Below are positions 1 to 27,700 of a DNA stretch of 64,000 nt, piece after piece. The position numbers and the translations under genes are program-made. Source of the stretch: Marsupella aquatica. Its lineage: Eukaryota; Plantae; Marchantiophyta. The stretch lies in NCBI GenBank assembly GCA_973895155.1, contig OZ316894.1, forward strand, positions 11,587,892 through 11,651,891. The letters are read 5' to 3'. The first letter of the stretch is position 1. Each line of letters opens with the position of its first letter. The notes under the pieces were generated by a model. It saw only the letters and a list, made by a program, of their open reading frames with translations, did no database searches and was not told the DNA's origin.

Positions 1-241
1 GACCGAACGACCGACTAACTGAGCTGTTACTCCGAACAGACCAGTTTCGAAGGGAATTTTCCTCCCCTTGCGCCTCCTTTCCTCACCTCAGAAAAGTTGG
101 AGTCTCTCGCCAGACACACCAGAAGAAGTCCTGGGCATCGCACCTGCAGCATGGGCAAGAGCAAGAGCGAAGACTAGGAAATGCCGATCAAGCAGCCTTC
201 GGAGAGCATTTCGCAACTCGACAACTACCTGTGAAGTGCTG

Positions 242-1090
242 AGACTAAAATGTTCAGTACCTCTGCTGCTGCACCGCCGTCTCCTTCATAGATGCCCTCC
301 TCACCGCTATGGCATTTCGCCATCACCGCGGAAATTTGGCAAAATTATTTACAATCACACGTCTAAAACATGTCCCCTGTAGCTGGAGAGCACAGGAAAC
401 GCTTCCTTCTTACAACAAATCAGATAGTCACTACCGGGACACACAATTTCCCAATACTTCGCTCGTTATCTGATGCTCAGCAGCCCGGCTCTGGAGACGG
501 CGAGAGCGCGCAGTTTTGCCGCGCAGGGCACAACACCACATTCGCCAGCCCGCAACCTGCACTGCCAATGTCAACCTGCAGTCGTCACGTCTGTCTCACC
601 GCTGCTACCAAGGCATTAGGTCAACATAACGCGACTTGATCCACCTATGTTCACAGCACCCAAAGCTTCGCTGCACCTGAATTCGTGGGGGGCAGCGTAA
701 TTCATTCACCAGGCCTCCTCTCTGACGTTCTGTCCGCACACCGAGAGCTCCACACCGACCTGCACGAGAAAGCCACTCCAAAGCTGGACGACGTTCACAG
801 ATCCTGGAGAGCTTCAGACTCACACGGATAATGCTAGCAGCAAACGCAACGAAACACAGCAGCCGTTATTATCAACAGTCACCGACGACAGTGGCTCAAG
901 CTCACAGCTCTGCGTATCTTTCTGCCGCAATTCCAATGCCATGAAGCAAGGCTGCACCACAATCATATATTCATACCATGCTCCCCAGTCTGAGAATTTA
1001 TTGGTGAGACCTCGAGTCCCAATCCAGTACATAGTACCAATCCAGTACAGGACAGCACGGTGAAACTTCAGAGCACTGTTACAGTACCGG
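242..1090. repeat. Diverged direct segmental duplicate of ~20500-21440 (5' leader plus first exon of PKL-like genes)
   Basis: Shared colinear blocks: aatgttcagtacctctg, acatgtcccctgtagctggagagcacaggaaacgctt, cacaatttcccaatacttc, cccgcaacctgcact, aatgtcaacctgcagtcgtcacg, aggcattaggtcaac, cactccaaagctgga. Confidence 0.9.
261..323 (-). CDS. First coding exon (MAKCHSGEEGIYEGDGGAAAE) of a probable PICKLE/CHD3 paralogue that continues off the left edge of the window
   Basis: Closely matches exon 20521-20580 (MVKHDSGEEGIYEGDGGATE) of the PKL-like gene. Both end in the same GAG|GTACTG donor and the only indel is 3 nt. Upstream homology extends over roughly 242-1090 vs 20500-21440. The rest of the gene is not visible. 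Confidence 0.6.
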
Positions 1091-1262
1091 TAATTCCTCA
1101 CGTGCGTGCACACGAGTTCACGGGAGTGGATTGGGAGACCGGTACAGAACTGTACCCACCTGACGATTGGGTTGGGATGAGTACCGTGCGGCCCTCAGGC
1201 CTCATCCATTTCTTCCTCCGTGGCTTGGACAGAATCTTACTCGTTGCTACTTTACTTTTTGT

Positions 1263-1293
1263 TCTCTCTCTCTCTCCCTCTCTCTCTCTCTCT
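1263..1293. repeat. (CT)n microsatellite in a probable 5' leader/promoter
   Basis: Run tctctctctctctccctctctctctctctct between two divergently oriented genes. Confidence 0.85.
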
Positions 1294-2342
1294 GCCCAGT
1301 CCTGAACTGCTGGAGGCGGGTACCCAGGAAGCTCGCACCTGCCTGCTTCGTTCTCTGTGGACACTGCCTGCCGCCAGCGCAATGCGCGCAGTCTCGACCG
1401 CAAAAGGTTGGGCGGTCGTTTTGGGGCCTCCGCGTCCACCACGTCGCTCACTTCGTGAGAGGATGACGCTTTTCCATAATCTTGGTCGTGGTGTGGCGTT
1501 CCAAATGGCTCCTGGTCGTGCTACTGATCTGAATACTGATGAGGCCATTAGTAATCCGTCAATCCCGCGGTGGAGCTTGTGCGGGCAATTCAATTGCGCT
1601 GTTCAACTTCGTGTCTCTCCACCTTTGGTGCCAGGCAGACGAAAGATTCAGTGGTCGAATGATCTCCCGGATGCGAAGAGAGGGTCAGCCAGAGCCGAAA
1701 AATTGGCAGCCGTGGTTTTCATGCGGGATGCAGGCGCTCGCAGCAGCAGCATAGGCATTCATCCGTCAGGAGGAGAACAGGTGCAAGCCAATTGGCTTTG
1801 TTTGTAGAGGGAAACAGCGACGATAACGGATGATTTGATTGACGTTCGTTGCATTGCATGATTTCAAGAGGACCCAGGATTCAAGCTCTGCAAACTTGGA
1901 ATTTGGAATCTGTTGTCGAATTCTTTCCCTGCAATTGAAGAGCAGTCGAAGGAATAGTTCGTGCTCCGCTAGCCAGCCAGGCAGCAATTCGACCTCCAGT
2001 AAGGTTGCAGACAGAAGATTCAGTGTTCGAATTCTTCGGGAAGAGAACTTCACAGAAGGTGGCGCAGTGATACAGAATTAAAGGTTCGTATCGACCCTTC
2101 TCGTCATCGATTGCCAGTGGATCTTTTCTTTCGTGCCCACTGAGGACTGAGGTTGATAACAGAGTCGAGGTACAGGACTGCGGCACAAGACAAGCATTCC
2201 TTCTGATTCCTCCTACATTAGCGCAGGCGACAGCATTTCCAGAGAATGCACGCAGATTGGCTGACTGATAGAAGCTAAGCTAAGGGCGAATCAATTTCCC
2301 GAAGGCAGATACTATAAATCATTCGCTCGGTCGGCTGGGAAT

Positions 2343-3874
2343 ATGGCCTCTGCGGTCGTTGCAACCTGTGGCATGTGCGGGACTGCTGCTCCCGTCACAT
2401 CGCTGAAAGGCAGTAATCTGCTCCCGTCCATCACAGGAAGAAGCAGATTGCACAGGTCGCGCCATAATTTCGCTGAAGCACAGAATCTACACTTGAGGAG
2501 GAGCATCAGTATACAAGCCTCAACGAAGGATGATCAGAGCAGCAAAGAGGAAGAGCAGAAAGAGCAGAAGAAAGATACCAAGACCTCGTTGTTCACCAGC
2601 ATAACGGACGCATTAGATTTTGCTCAGACCAGGTCGGAGAAAGATGCGGAGTTGCTGGCGGATGCTCGGCAGGCCACTAAGTCCGGAGATCAAATGAGCC
2701 GGGAACAGGTGCATTTCTAAGAACATTGATCATTGAATGATGTCCTCGCTGAATTGATGTCCTCAGCTGAACCAAGTTTCTGCAAAATCTCGTTTCCATT
2801 GTTTCGCAGAATCCACGAAGCACCATGCTACTACCAAATCATTCTCTCTTAGCTTCTCCCCCACCTCCAGGACGGATGAGACGTCGGGGTTGGTTTCTAT
2901 TAGTATTGTTACTCCAGTTGATAATTATGTAGACTTTAACAAGAATGACACACATGAATCATTCAACGAAACAGCCAGACTATGTTTTCTGTGGTCAACG
3001 TGTTGTGTGATTATTGATTTTCTGAGCTGGATCAATTTGATTCTGCGTTGCAGTATGCGGCATTGAGGAGGAAAATTGGAGGCACGTACAAGGACTTTTT
3101 CAAAGACTCCATAGACGGTACTTCTCTCTTCCTTATACTTGATGAGCGTTGGTTGCATCTATGTACTAAAACCCTGGGTCTAGGGAAGCGCAGAATTTCC
3201 AATGAACAGATGGTGTGACCCAAGTATTCAGGGTGCTCGTGACAATTCTACATTCCCCCGAAAGTAGCTTTGAGCCCACGCAGGGGAATCACCTAAACAT
3301 TGGGTTCGGTTCTCTGATGTTGGATTTGAAAGGTCCTTTTTCTCTTTATCTGCAATTCGTTTCCTCCATTCTCTGTAGGGAGTTTTTCCAAGGCATTGTC
3401 ACCATCTTCGTCGTTAGCGCGTAATCTTCTTCCGACCCTTCATAGCGAAATCGAAAGCCATAGAACAAGGAAGAACGATATCCCGCAGTTTTCTAGGTGC
3501 AAAGTTTCATGCATGAGACTCTTAGGATTTTTTCCATCCTAGATTCGGTTTTTGAACTGTTTGGATGCTTCCCAGCAAACGGTAGACATTGGAAGTCTTG
3601 GGTTTGGCTTTACAGGTGTAGCTGTTTGTCAGAATGCAAGAGAGAGAGAGAGCATTCGCTGATCCGTCGCAACTTTGCTGCCTGGAATATATGTTGCAAT
3701 GCAGTCATTGGAGATTATGTGGAAGATGGATGGGTCGACAAGACTTGTCGTATTTGCAAGAAAGACACGAGTAAGGACCCACGGACGAAAGACAATTTAG
3801 GTCGTTATGCACACGTCGCTTGCTTGGAGAACGAGAAATCTGGCAACTTTTTCACAAGATTGTTCGGCAGGTAG
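2343..3874 (+). CDS. Conserved uncharacterised plant protein (~199 aa) with predicted chloroplast transit peptide and C-terminal CxxC...HxxC motif; exons 2343-2708, 3054-3117, 3705-3874
   Basis: Ser/Thr/Arg-rich N-terminus. GT-AG introns join in frame to give ...LDFAQTRSEKDAELL...MSREQ|YAALRRKIGGTYKDFFKDSID|VIGDYVEDGWVDKTCRICKKDT...GRYAHVACLENEKSGNFFTRLFGR*. Recognised from memory as a conserved green-plant family of unknown function. Confidence 0.85.
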
Positions 3875-5147
3875 TGGAGTTAGCCTGGAAGACCTGGTCC
3901 ATAGGGGTCGGTTGACATGATTGAACCACTCTCCCTGCTCACCATTCAGTCATTACTTCCACATTTTGCTTCAGTGGGCTCATCTTTGAGCATCGCCTGT
4001 ACGACTACTGATTTATCTTAAAAGTTGAGGCGGACAAGTATGAGGGAAAGCCGGTCGACATTTTGATCGAGAAATGAGATTCAACCGTAGGTCCTGTAAA
4101 ACCCTGCTGTATACCACCATTGTTTTAGTTGCTCTGTTGTAGTAGTTGCCCCTACTCATTGGTTGGGTGATCAAGACCAAAAGTGAATCCACATTCAATT
4201 GTGTAATGTGATGAGAATAGAAGCTTGCAATAGAACTTTTCTGATCCCACCTCTATCTGGCTGCTAAGCATTGGATATAGTGTTTATTGCTTTCCTAGTG
4301 TACCCAAATTGAAACTAGGAAGACAAGTCCTGGGAGCTCGCCTCGAACTGTGCGGTTGTTGGCTGTCTCGTAAACGTATCACGGACAGGCAACTTGCAAG
4401 ACAAGCAAACCTGTCGACCAAGAACTACTAGGGTACGCTCGAGGATAGCTGTTGATTTTCTTTGGCCCGAGTGCCAATTTTGCCATTTCAGACGATTCGC
4501 CTATACAATGCCTCCTTTTTGTAGAATTTATGATCGGAAGTTACAAGAATAAAAAAGCATCCTCAACTTTCAACCCGAAATCTTGAGCGGTAGTTTCTAA
4601 ACTACACGTAAGAGTTCCGAGGGCTAGTCTTAGAATTATAAAGTTAGATGGAAAGACTCGCGATGTACACAGGGCTTTTGGTGAAAATCTTAAAATTGCA
4701 GGCGGTAGCATTAATTGACTTTGTGAAGTCTGTATCAATAAGCAATTGTCACTAACCACAGTTTGTAACAAGAGCATAGCAGTAGGTGATCAATATGCTG
4801 ACCTCTAGTAGTTGGTTACAAGTCAGGGAAAGAGAATTATTTACAAGTCCATAAAGTTTCATCGTGAGTGTTGGCCTCGGAGATTTCGTTCTGGCCTAGG
4901 CTGGGTGCGTGGACTCCGCACAACGTCAAGATCACTGAGCTTCCTTGGCAATTGGACAACTCGTTCCTAGAATTGTTCATAAGAGCGAGCACCGTCCAAG
5001 TTCTCTCTAAACTTGGACTAAAATGACTACAAGCATTCAAACCGACAAATGACCGCCAGGAGGTCCCAACGAGCAGTATCAAACACAGTGGCACTAGCAT
5101 AGGGACTGACGCATTGCTATTATTTCAAAGAATGAGCAAGAATCCTG

Positions 5148-20580
<15,433 letters not shown>

Positions 20581-21996
20581 CACCGCGAAAATATGACAAT
20601 TGTTTGCATTCACAGGTAGGACATGTCCCCTGTAGCTGGAGAGCACAGGAAACGCTTAACTCTTAGAAGAAATCAGACAGTCACTGCCGGAACACAATTT
20701 CCCAATACTTCACTCGTTATCTGATACCCAGCTATCCGGCTCTGTTATTTGACGACGACAGCGCGCAGTTTACAACAGCACGTTTGCTAGCCCGCAACCT
20801 GCACTCCCAATGTCAACCTGCAGTCGTCACGGATATCTCACCTCGGCTACTGAGGCATTAGGTCAACCACAAGCCCCTCTTTCAACAAAAAACCGAGTTG
20901 ATTGCTTATTTTCACAGCACTCAAAGCTTCACTCCCCCGGCCATGCGTAGCTTGCAAGACTAAGTTCGCCTGCAGCGTAATTCGTTCACCAAGCTTCCCT
21001 GACGCCCAGCTACTTCTTCGTTCACCTTCGCCCGTCCTGTCCGCACAGCCAGAGCCCCACACAGAACTCCAAGAGAGACACACTCCAAAGCTGGAACAAC
21101 TTCACAGACCCTGGCACACCCGGATGGGGACCTCGCATGTAAAGCAGTGGCAGCAAGGCAACCAAACACGGCAGCTGTTATCACCACCAGCTACAAACGA
21201 CCATGGAGCAAGATCACAGCCCTGCGCATCTTTCTCCCGTGCTCGTAGTGGTCATCAGGTATCTGTCCGTCGCTCTCCTCTCCGGGGCCTCTCGTCCGCC
21301 TATCTCTTCGTTCTTTCAATTGACCTTGTCTATTAGGTAGGGAGCCAGGCGATGATGCTGCTTTCCTCGATTCTTCTTCCTTCATGGAAGCCGCAGTGGC
21401 AGCAGCACCAGCACCAGTACAGGAACCAGATTAGCGTAATAACACGAGGACCTTCACGGACGGAGAAGACAGAGGCTCGTTTCCCTTCCTCAAACCATGT
21501 CGCAGCCCGAACGTTATTTAGTCGGCCAAATGATTATTTTTCTTTTCTTTCATGCGTGCGTGCGTGCGCCCGTGCGTGCGCCCGTGCATCGTTTGTTCGC
21601 TTCTTTGTCTATTTGTTTTCGCTTTTGGTTCGTTGCAAGCATCGGTGCGCGAGGATGGGATTCATTCACCAGCTCATTCTTCGTCTGCTTCAGCGACAGT
21701 GCTAAATTACGCTGCCCACGAATAAACTCCGGGGCTCTTCTAGAAAGCCACCACGCAGACGCGAAGCGCACGTTCGCTAATCGGGCTCGTCGTCGAGAGC
21801 CCTCTTTGTTTGGTACGACAAAATGGTCCACGGCCGCTCCTCGGGTACCATGTTTTTTAGCGACGATTGCATGTAGATAGATACTCTACTACTGCAGCTT
21901 TACACGGGCTTTTTCTCTCTCTCTATGCGCCGAACCTTTTTACCTTGCGCAGCAAGCAATTATGGAGAACGTTGAGAGACGAAAACTTTGAGAGCG

Positions 21997-22295
21997 TTTG
22001 TTCCTCTGCTATTTTGTGGGGTCGCTCCCCACAGTGTAACCCATGCCCCAAAGGGGCGGGGAGGGGCTGTAGAGGGTTTTGGGGAGGGGGGGGGGGGGGG
22101 GGGGGGCTGTCATAATGGGATGCAGATGTCCTGGGATGGTGGGCCCCAGGGTTACACTTTGTTCCTCTGCTATATTGTGGGGTCGCTTCCCACAGGGTAA
22201 CCCATGCCCCAAAGGGGCGGGGGGCTGAAGAGGGTTTTTTTTGGGGGGGGGGATGTAATGGGATGCAATGTCCTAGGATGGTGGGCCCCAGGGTT
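21997..22295. repeat. Two ~150-160-bp G-rich direct repeat units with long G tracts
   Basis: Unit tttgttcctctgcta..ttgtggggtcgct.cccacag.gtaacccatgccccaaaggggcgggg...agagggtttt(G)n...ggatggtgggccccagggtt occurs twice. A 21-G run lies at 22086-22106. Related motifs recur at 23200-23960. Confidence 0.85.
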
Positions 22296-23019
22296 GGAGT
22301 TTGTATTTTCTGTACCAATTGCAGGTTACCTTTGTGTAACCATTTTTGGAGACACCTTTATCTTACTATAAAAGTGGCAACTTAAGCCTAGGTCCAGCCC
22401 TAATACAGACAAAACTAATAATGAGGTTCAATAAGGTCAAAATTGTAAATGAGGATAGACAGAAGTGACACTAACTCTTAAAAAACAAAACTGAAATGAG
22501 GATGGACAAAAAACAAGGATGGGGCAAAGACTAACCAGAATAGCATATAAATTATATTGTGCAAGATTTTTTTTCATATCTGTTAATGTGCAAGGAAGGG
22601 GTCATCTGTCAATCTCTTGTCCCCTGGGGTTAGAGTTTGTATTTTCTATACCAAATGGAGGTTATCTTTGTGTAACCATTTTTGGAGACACTTTTTTTCC
22701 CATAATCTCTTGTGGGGAAGTATTGTATAATTTTTCTAGGCATTGACTATATTCTAGAGGAAGGTTTGGGCAGGGTTTTTAGTGTGAATCCTGTTCCAAG
22801 AAAGCTCAGAAAAGTTTCCCCGCTGTTGTGAATCAGGTTTTCCTTCGCTTTCTGAGAACCAGGTTAGAGGCTAGTAATCCCATACTAGACCACCATTATC
22901 CTATACATTATACTCAAGTGGATTGCATTCGGCACCTAGTGAGCCCAAGGGGATTGCAGCCCATTGCAATCCCCAAGTGGGCTTGATTTACCTAAAGGTA
23001 GCTCCAAGTAAATTTTTGA

Positions 23020-23140
23020 AACATCCACCTCACTTTCACACTGTAACATTGTAGTCTGCCACTTGCGCCTTACGTGTGCTCTCATTCAAATTTGTAAAAC
23101 CTCAGGCCAGGCTGCCACAGGGGTTCCATGGCTCACATGC
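23020..23140 (+). repeat. Dispersed repeat family copy (second copy at ~56340-56452)
   Basis: acgtgtgctctcattcaaatttg...aggccaggctgccacaggggttccatgg matches acgtgtgttctcattcaaatttg...gggccagtctggcacagggattccatgg. Confidence 0.75.
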
Positions 23141-25730
23141 GGGGGAACTGCCTGACAACCATCAATAGAAATACAAAGAAAACATTTCAGGATGGGTTTA
23201 TGTGTAGGGTAACCCATGGTCCAAAGTGAGTTATGGGATGTTATCCCTGAGGATGGTGGGCCCAAGGGGGTTACAACCATGGTTCCCTAGTGGCCATGAA
23301 TTAACAAGCATAAACACAGAGTGTAGTTTTACTGTATTGATGACCTGAGTTTTTGCCTAACTGGATAACCTTGAAATGGACTAGCCAAGAGGGCTGAATC
23401 TCATGGCCCACAGGCCAAGCTTGTAAGTGAATAATAATGGCTCATAATCATCCATAGAAATACACAGAAAAATATTTGAGGGTTATGGTGTAGGATAACC
23501 CATGGCAGCCGGGGGTTATGGGCGATAATCCCCAAGAATGGTGGGCCTTGGGGGTTACAGCAATGGCCCCCAACACTCGGTAAGGCTGCTGGGAATTATG
23601 AGACTTGGAACCCATTGCCCTGACAAGGGATCGGTTGTCAAGCATAAACCAGATGAATGAATGTCGAAAAAACTACACCACTCCCTCCCCACTGTTATGT
23701 GAAATGTGTGGGGTAACCCATCCCATTATAGGCTGAAACCTTGGAAGGCGATCAGCCTAGGGGGGTTTAGAGGCCATGCCCCAAAGAGGGATGGATTAAT
23801 GAGCATAACCCAGACAATTGAATGTTGAAAAACCAATTCCACACCCTCTCCACTATTCTGAGAATAAGTAGAGTAACTCACCCACTTGAGGGGGTTACGG
23901 GCTGGAATCCACATTCAAGGGCATCAGAGGCTATGGCCCCAAAGAGGGATGGGTTATCAATAATACCCAATGAATGAACTATGATTTGGAGGAGATTCGC
24001 CCACAACCTAGAGATTTTGGTCAAGAAATCCCTTGGCCTGGCTGGCCAGGACACTATGGCCCATAGCCTTCAATGGAAATTCAAACAAAAATTTACAATG
24101 AGGCATTCTGGAATGGGAATGGAGTGTCGGATCAAAAGGATGTTTGAAGCAAGTTATCCACTCTGTTCCTGGGGCTGGAGACTTCCCACCCTTGCTCTGC
24201 TGAAGGGATAAGGTTTACATGTCACCCTGTATGCTTCTGACTGGTCAGTCAAGCCGTGTCAACTATGTCAAACAGTCAGATACAATAACAGCAAGCAATT
24301 TTGCAATGGTAGTGGGTACTGCTTGAGAGTTGAGATTGAGCTGCAGTATGTGTAACATAGCATGTGAGTGCTCGAGTCAAAACTTAATCCAGGAAAATAA
24401 GTAAAGAATATCCTTAGCAGCTTCGCTTCAAGTCCGTAAGGTGCCATTTCCCACCTTTTCAGAACAACCTTCAAAATAATCGTAAGTGCAAAAAGGGCAG
24501 CGGGCAATAGCGGACAACACTGAATAATGGGACCCAATGGGAAACAATACATAAGTATCCTAAGAACCAAAGGGGAGTATAGTCAGCTCTTGCTAAGTGC
24601 ACGCTCCATAAGAGCAAACCCTGGCCAATTGCAAGCCGTCCCATTCTTCCTTTTTATCCCACAATTGCACTGTTTATAAGTGCAGAGGTTGCACACAAAA
24701 AAAATCCAAGTGCAAACCTTCTATAAGCTTTTATGAACACTTGTTTACTGACCTCTATTCATTCTCTTAATTATTAAGGCAGATTTTCCTTTGTTCACTA
24801 TTAGGCGTCTAAATGTTCATATTTTAGACTCTAAATATGAATTTTTTAAACTGCAATGTACACTATAGTACATTACTCTACACATAAATGGTCCATTGTA
24901 AGCTTGAGGGCGCAAAAAGGATCTTCAATAGAAGTAATCTAGTCCTAGCTCATTTAAAATGGACTGGCCCCGAGTACCCATTCTTTGAACGTGAACAGAG
25001 AGGAGGACAATAAAGATATCACCAAAACATATATCTTACTCACATTCTTTGAATGATTAAAAAACCATCATTTATGTCATCATTTTAATAATCATTCATA
25101 ACATACCATACTATTTTCTATGCACATCTCTCTTTCAATGCACATATGTTATGGTGTGGGCATAGAACCCATTTTTAATGCAAATAGAAATCATGACAAA
25201 AAGCATGTATGATTATCATTTGACATACATCATAGTCATGACTTTTCCATCCACATGATGAGCCATGGAGTTGCGGTCTAGAGGCTTCACTCTAGAAGCC
25301 TAGGCCACCACTCTAGCTTATAGTTGGCGCTTTATAAGTAAGATGAACATGGTAACATGGTCATAAGTCTAATGGCCATGACCTTTTTTGCTTGTCCAAA
25401 TGTACACTTTTGGAAAGCCAAAAGTACACTCTAGATTGCCCAAGTATTCATGAACCAAATAACAATGCACTTTTGATGAATAAACTTAATAGCATGTTCA
25501 TCTTTGAACATGATTCATTTTTGTCCTGTAGTGATGTGTAGGTGATCTAATTTCTTTTCTGGCATAGTATTTGTTAAGATTGAGTGGGACAAATTACAAA
25601 AAGTAGAACTACAAGAGATGCAAAGAAAACATGTTTCACACAATAAGGCAATGAAAAGTTTTGCACATAAGGTACACATACTCATTGCCTTGGGTGATCA
25701 CACACTCAAATCAATCAAAACCAGAAGTTA

Positions 25731-26000
25731 GGAAAAAGAACCATGATAGACCAAAATCCAAATGAACCAATCTACTTAAGAGAAACTGCCCAAAGAATAA
25801 AAAGGTGATCAGATATCATAAATAAAATAGAAACAAAATAAAATCGTATATTGAAACGACCTCTGGCATCATCAAAAGGAATAGGGGTAACTTGCTTTCC
25901 CACTATAGCGCTCATAAGCGATTCTAGTGGGTGGGAAGGAATGAAACCAAGCATTCTCTTGTACAAGCCCCGGTTGACCTTGAGACCCTGCCAAACATTT
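25731..26000 (-). pseudogene. nad3: NUMT: mitochondrial nad3 3' exon plus the 3' end of a group II intron (position fits nad3i140); intron-side boundary uncertain
   Basis: Translates to PFDDARGRFNIRFYFVSILFMISD..LWAVSLK*IGSFGFWSIMV, compared with Nad3 [49 protein letters not shown]. Homology starts at 25880 (T CCT TTT GAT), right after ...ttacccctat, a group II-type AY end preceded by a hairpin. Carries a small deletion and a stop. Confidence 0.85.
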
Positions 26001-26953
26001 GCAAAACGAGTCGCGTAGAGTATTTTTCTCCCCATCTAGAAATCCAAAGATCCACATCAACCCAAATGTTATTTTTCCATGTATCTACCCGTCCGGCGGG
26101 TCCTTGGGATCCTAATTTGATGAGTACTTGGTTTAATCCGATCTGATAAGATATAGCATACGCTTAAACCCCTTCCCTTGTGCCGAGTAGGAAGAGAACA
26201 AATCTTTTATTATTTTTTCACCCTTTGGGCAGACGAGTAATAAGGCTCTCTGATGTCCACCACCATCCCGATGACTGAAGTGGACCTCGCTTGTGTTCCC
26301 CACAATTCATGGCTGGTTGTTCGTGCAAGCCAGACCATTTTGTATTGAGATGTTGTTTAGTCTCTTGTCCCCACTAGTTTGGGTAATCTGCTCCTCCTTG
26401 AGGCTCTGCAATGTATGCAGACAGGAAGTTACCATTCTGGTCTTACCATAATTTATCGACGACAGACTGAGAGCTTGACAATGAGCATTCGTGCGTGTAA
26501 CCACATTCGCAAGGTTCACTGCGGCGGGTCCAGTTTAACTGAAAGAGACTGCGCCCTCCTCAAAACTTTGAAAGGGATTCAGCAAGGCCATGGAGAAGCG
26601 ACTGGGAGTAAGGAACATGTCTCTGCCCTAAGAGTACAAAAACACAACTTTAAACATAAGGTCTCCACGTTGTCTAGAATCAGTCATTTTTCTCACTCTT
26701 GAGAAGAATGAGAAGAGAGAATATCTCTCAAGTGACAAAAATTCTCTGAAATTAGGTGAAGAAAGTGGATGCATTAATTTAAAATCTAAAGTTAGTGGGA
26801 CAGAAGAGCTCTAGGACCCAAATATTGAAAACATTAATAAGGGTGCCAAAATGAATTCGAAATCTAAACAATACAAATGATGCACTTGTTTTTTTTATTT
26901 TAAATTTTTTTACCACGAAAGGGGAGCCACTTGATACAAATGATGCACTTGTT

Positions 26954-27175
26954 TAAGGCACATTGAAATAAAAATGCACAACAGAAAACCTGAATCTTAT
27001 TAATAAATTGCAAAAAGAAGTTAGAGTTGAGGTCTGCTGTAGGTTTCTAGATTGAAGCTCCAAATGGTGCACCTTGTTAAGGCACATTGAAATAAAAATG
27101 CACACCAGAAAACCTGAATCTTACTACTACATTGCAAACAGAATTAGAGTTAGGGTCTAGTCTTCTAGAGTGAAG
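26954..27175 (+). repeat. ~120-bp direct duplication
   Basis: taaggcacattgaaataaaaatgcac..cagaaaacctgaatctta...ttagagtt...tctaga.tgaagc occurs at ~26954 and ~27078. Confidence 0.8.
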
Positions 27176-27290
27176 CCTAGGACCCCACCAAATTTATATC
27201 ATGGAGAAAACATGGGATGTTATGTATTTGAAAATGACCAGGATGCATGATGATTTTTGTCATAGTTTTATTCACATTCAAAAATGCATT

Positions 27291-27700
27291 GGGCATTTAG
27301 GTGAGATTCGCCAAACTGGCTAAACAGGAAAAAAGCCTTTTCAAAAATGGGCATTTAGGTAACATGCGCCAAACTGGCGAAACAGGAAAAAAAACCTTTT
27401 CAAAAATGGGCATTTAGGTGACATTCGCCAAACTGGCGAAACAGGAAAAAAAACCTTTTCAAAAATGGGCATTTAGGAGACATTCGCCAAACTGGCGAAA
27501 CAGGAAAAAAAACCTTTTCAAAAATGGGCATTTAGGAGACATTCGCCAAACTGGCGAAACAGAAAGAAAAAAAACCTTTTCAAAAGTGGGCATTTTAGGT
27601 GCCATTCGCCAAACTGGCGAAACAGGGAAAAAACCTTTTCAAAATTGGGCATGTAGGTGACATTCGCCAAACTGGCGAAACAGGAAAAAACCCTTGAAAA
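27291..27700 (+). repeat. Minisatellite: 7 units of ~59 bp, each with the hairpin TTCGCCA-AAC-TGGCGAA
   Basis: Consensus gggcatttaggtgacattcgccaaactggcgaaacaggaaaaaaaccttttcaaaaat. Units start at about 27291, 27349, 27408, 27467, 27526, 27588 and 27647. No unique spacers. Confidence 0.95.

Noticed and set aside
68-2186. Many overlapping ORFs of 70-195 aa
   Set aside because: No recognisable domains. They fall in GC-rich leader/promoter DNA, and only the 261-323 exon has independent support.
21793-21831. Short match to ~62397-62428 (both start ORFs reading MDxFVVPNK)
   Set aside because: Similarity is limited to ~28 bp and the ORFs diverge immediately; at most a small repeat remnant.
27291-27700. 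CRISPR array
   Set aside because: The sequence between the palindromes is itself repeated, there are no cas genes, and the context is eukaryotic.
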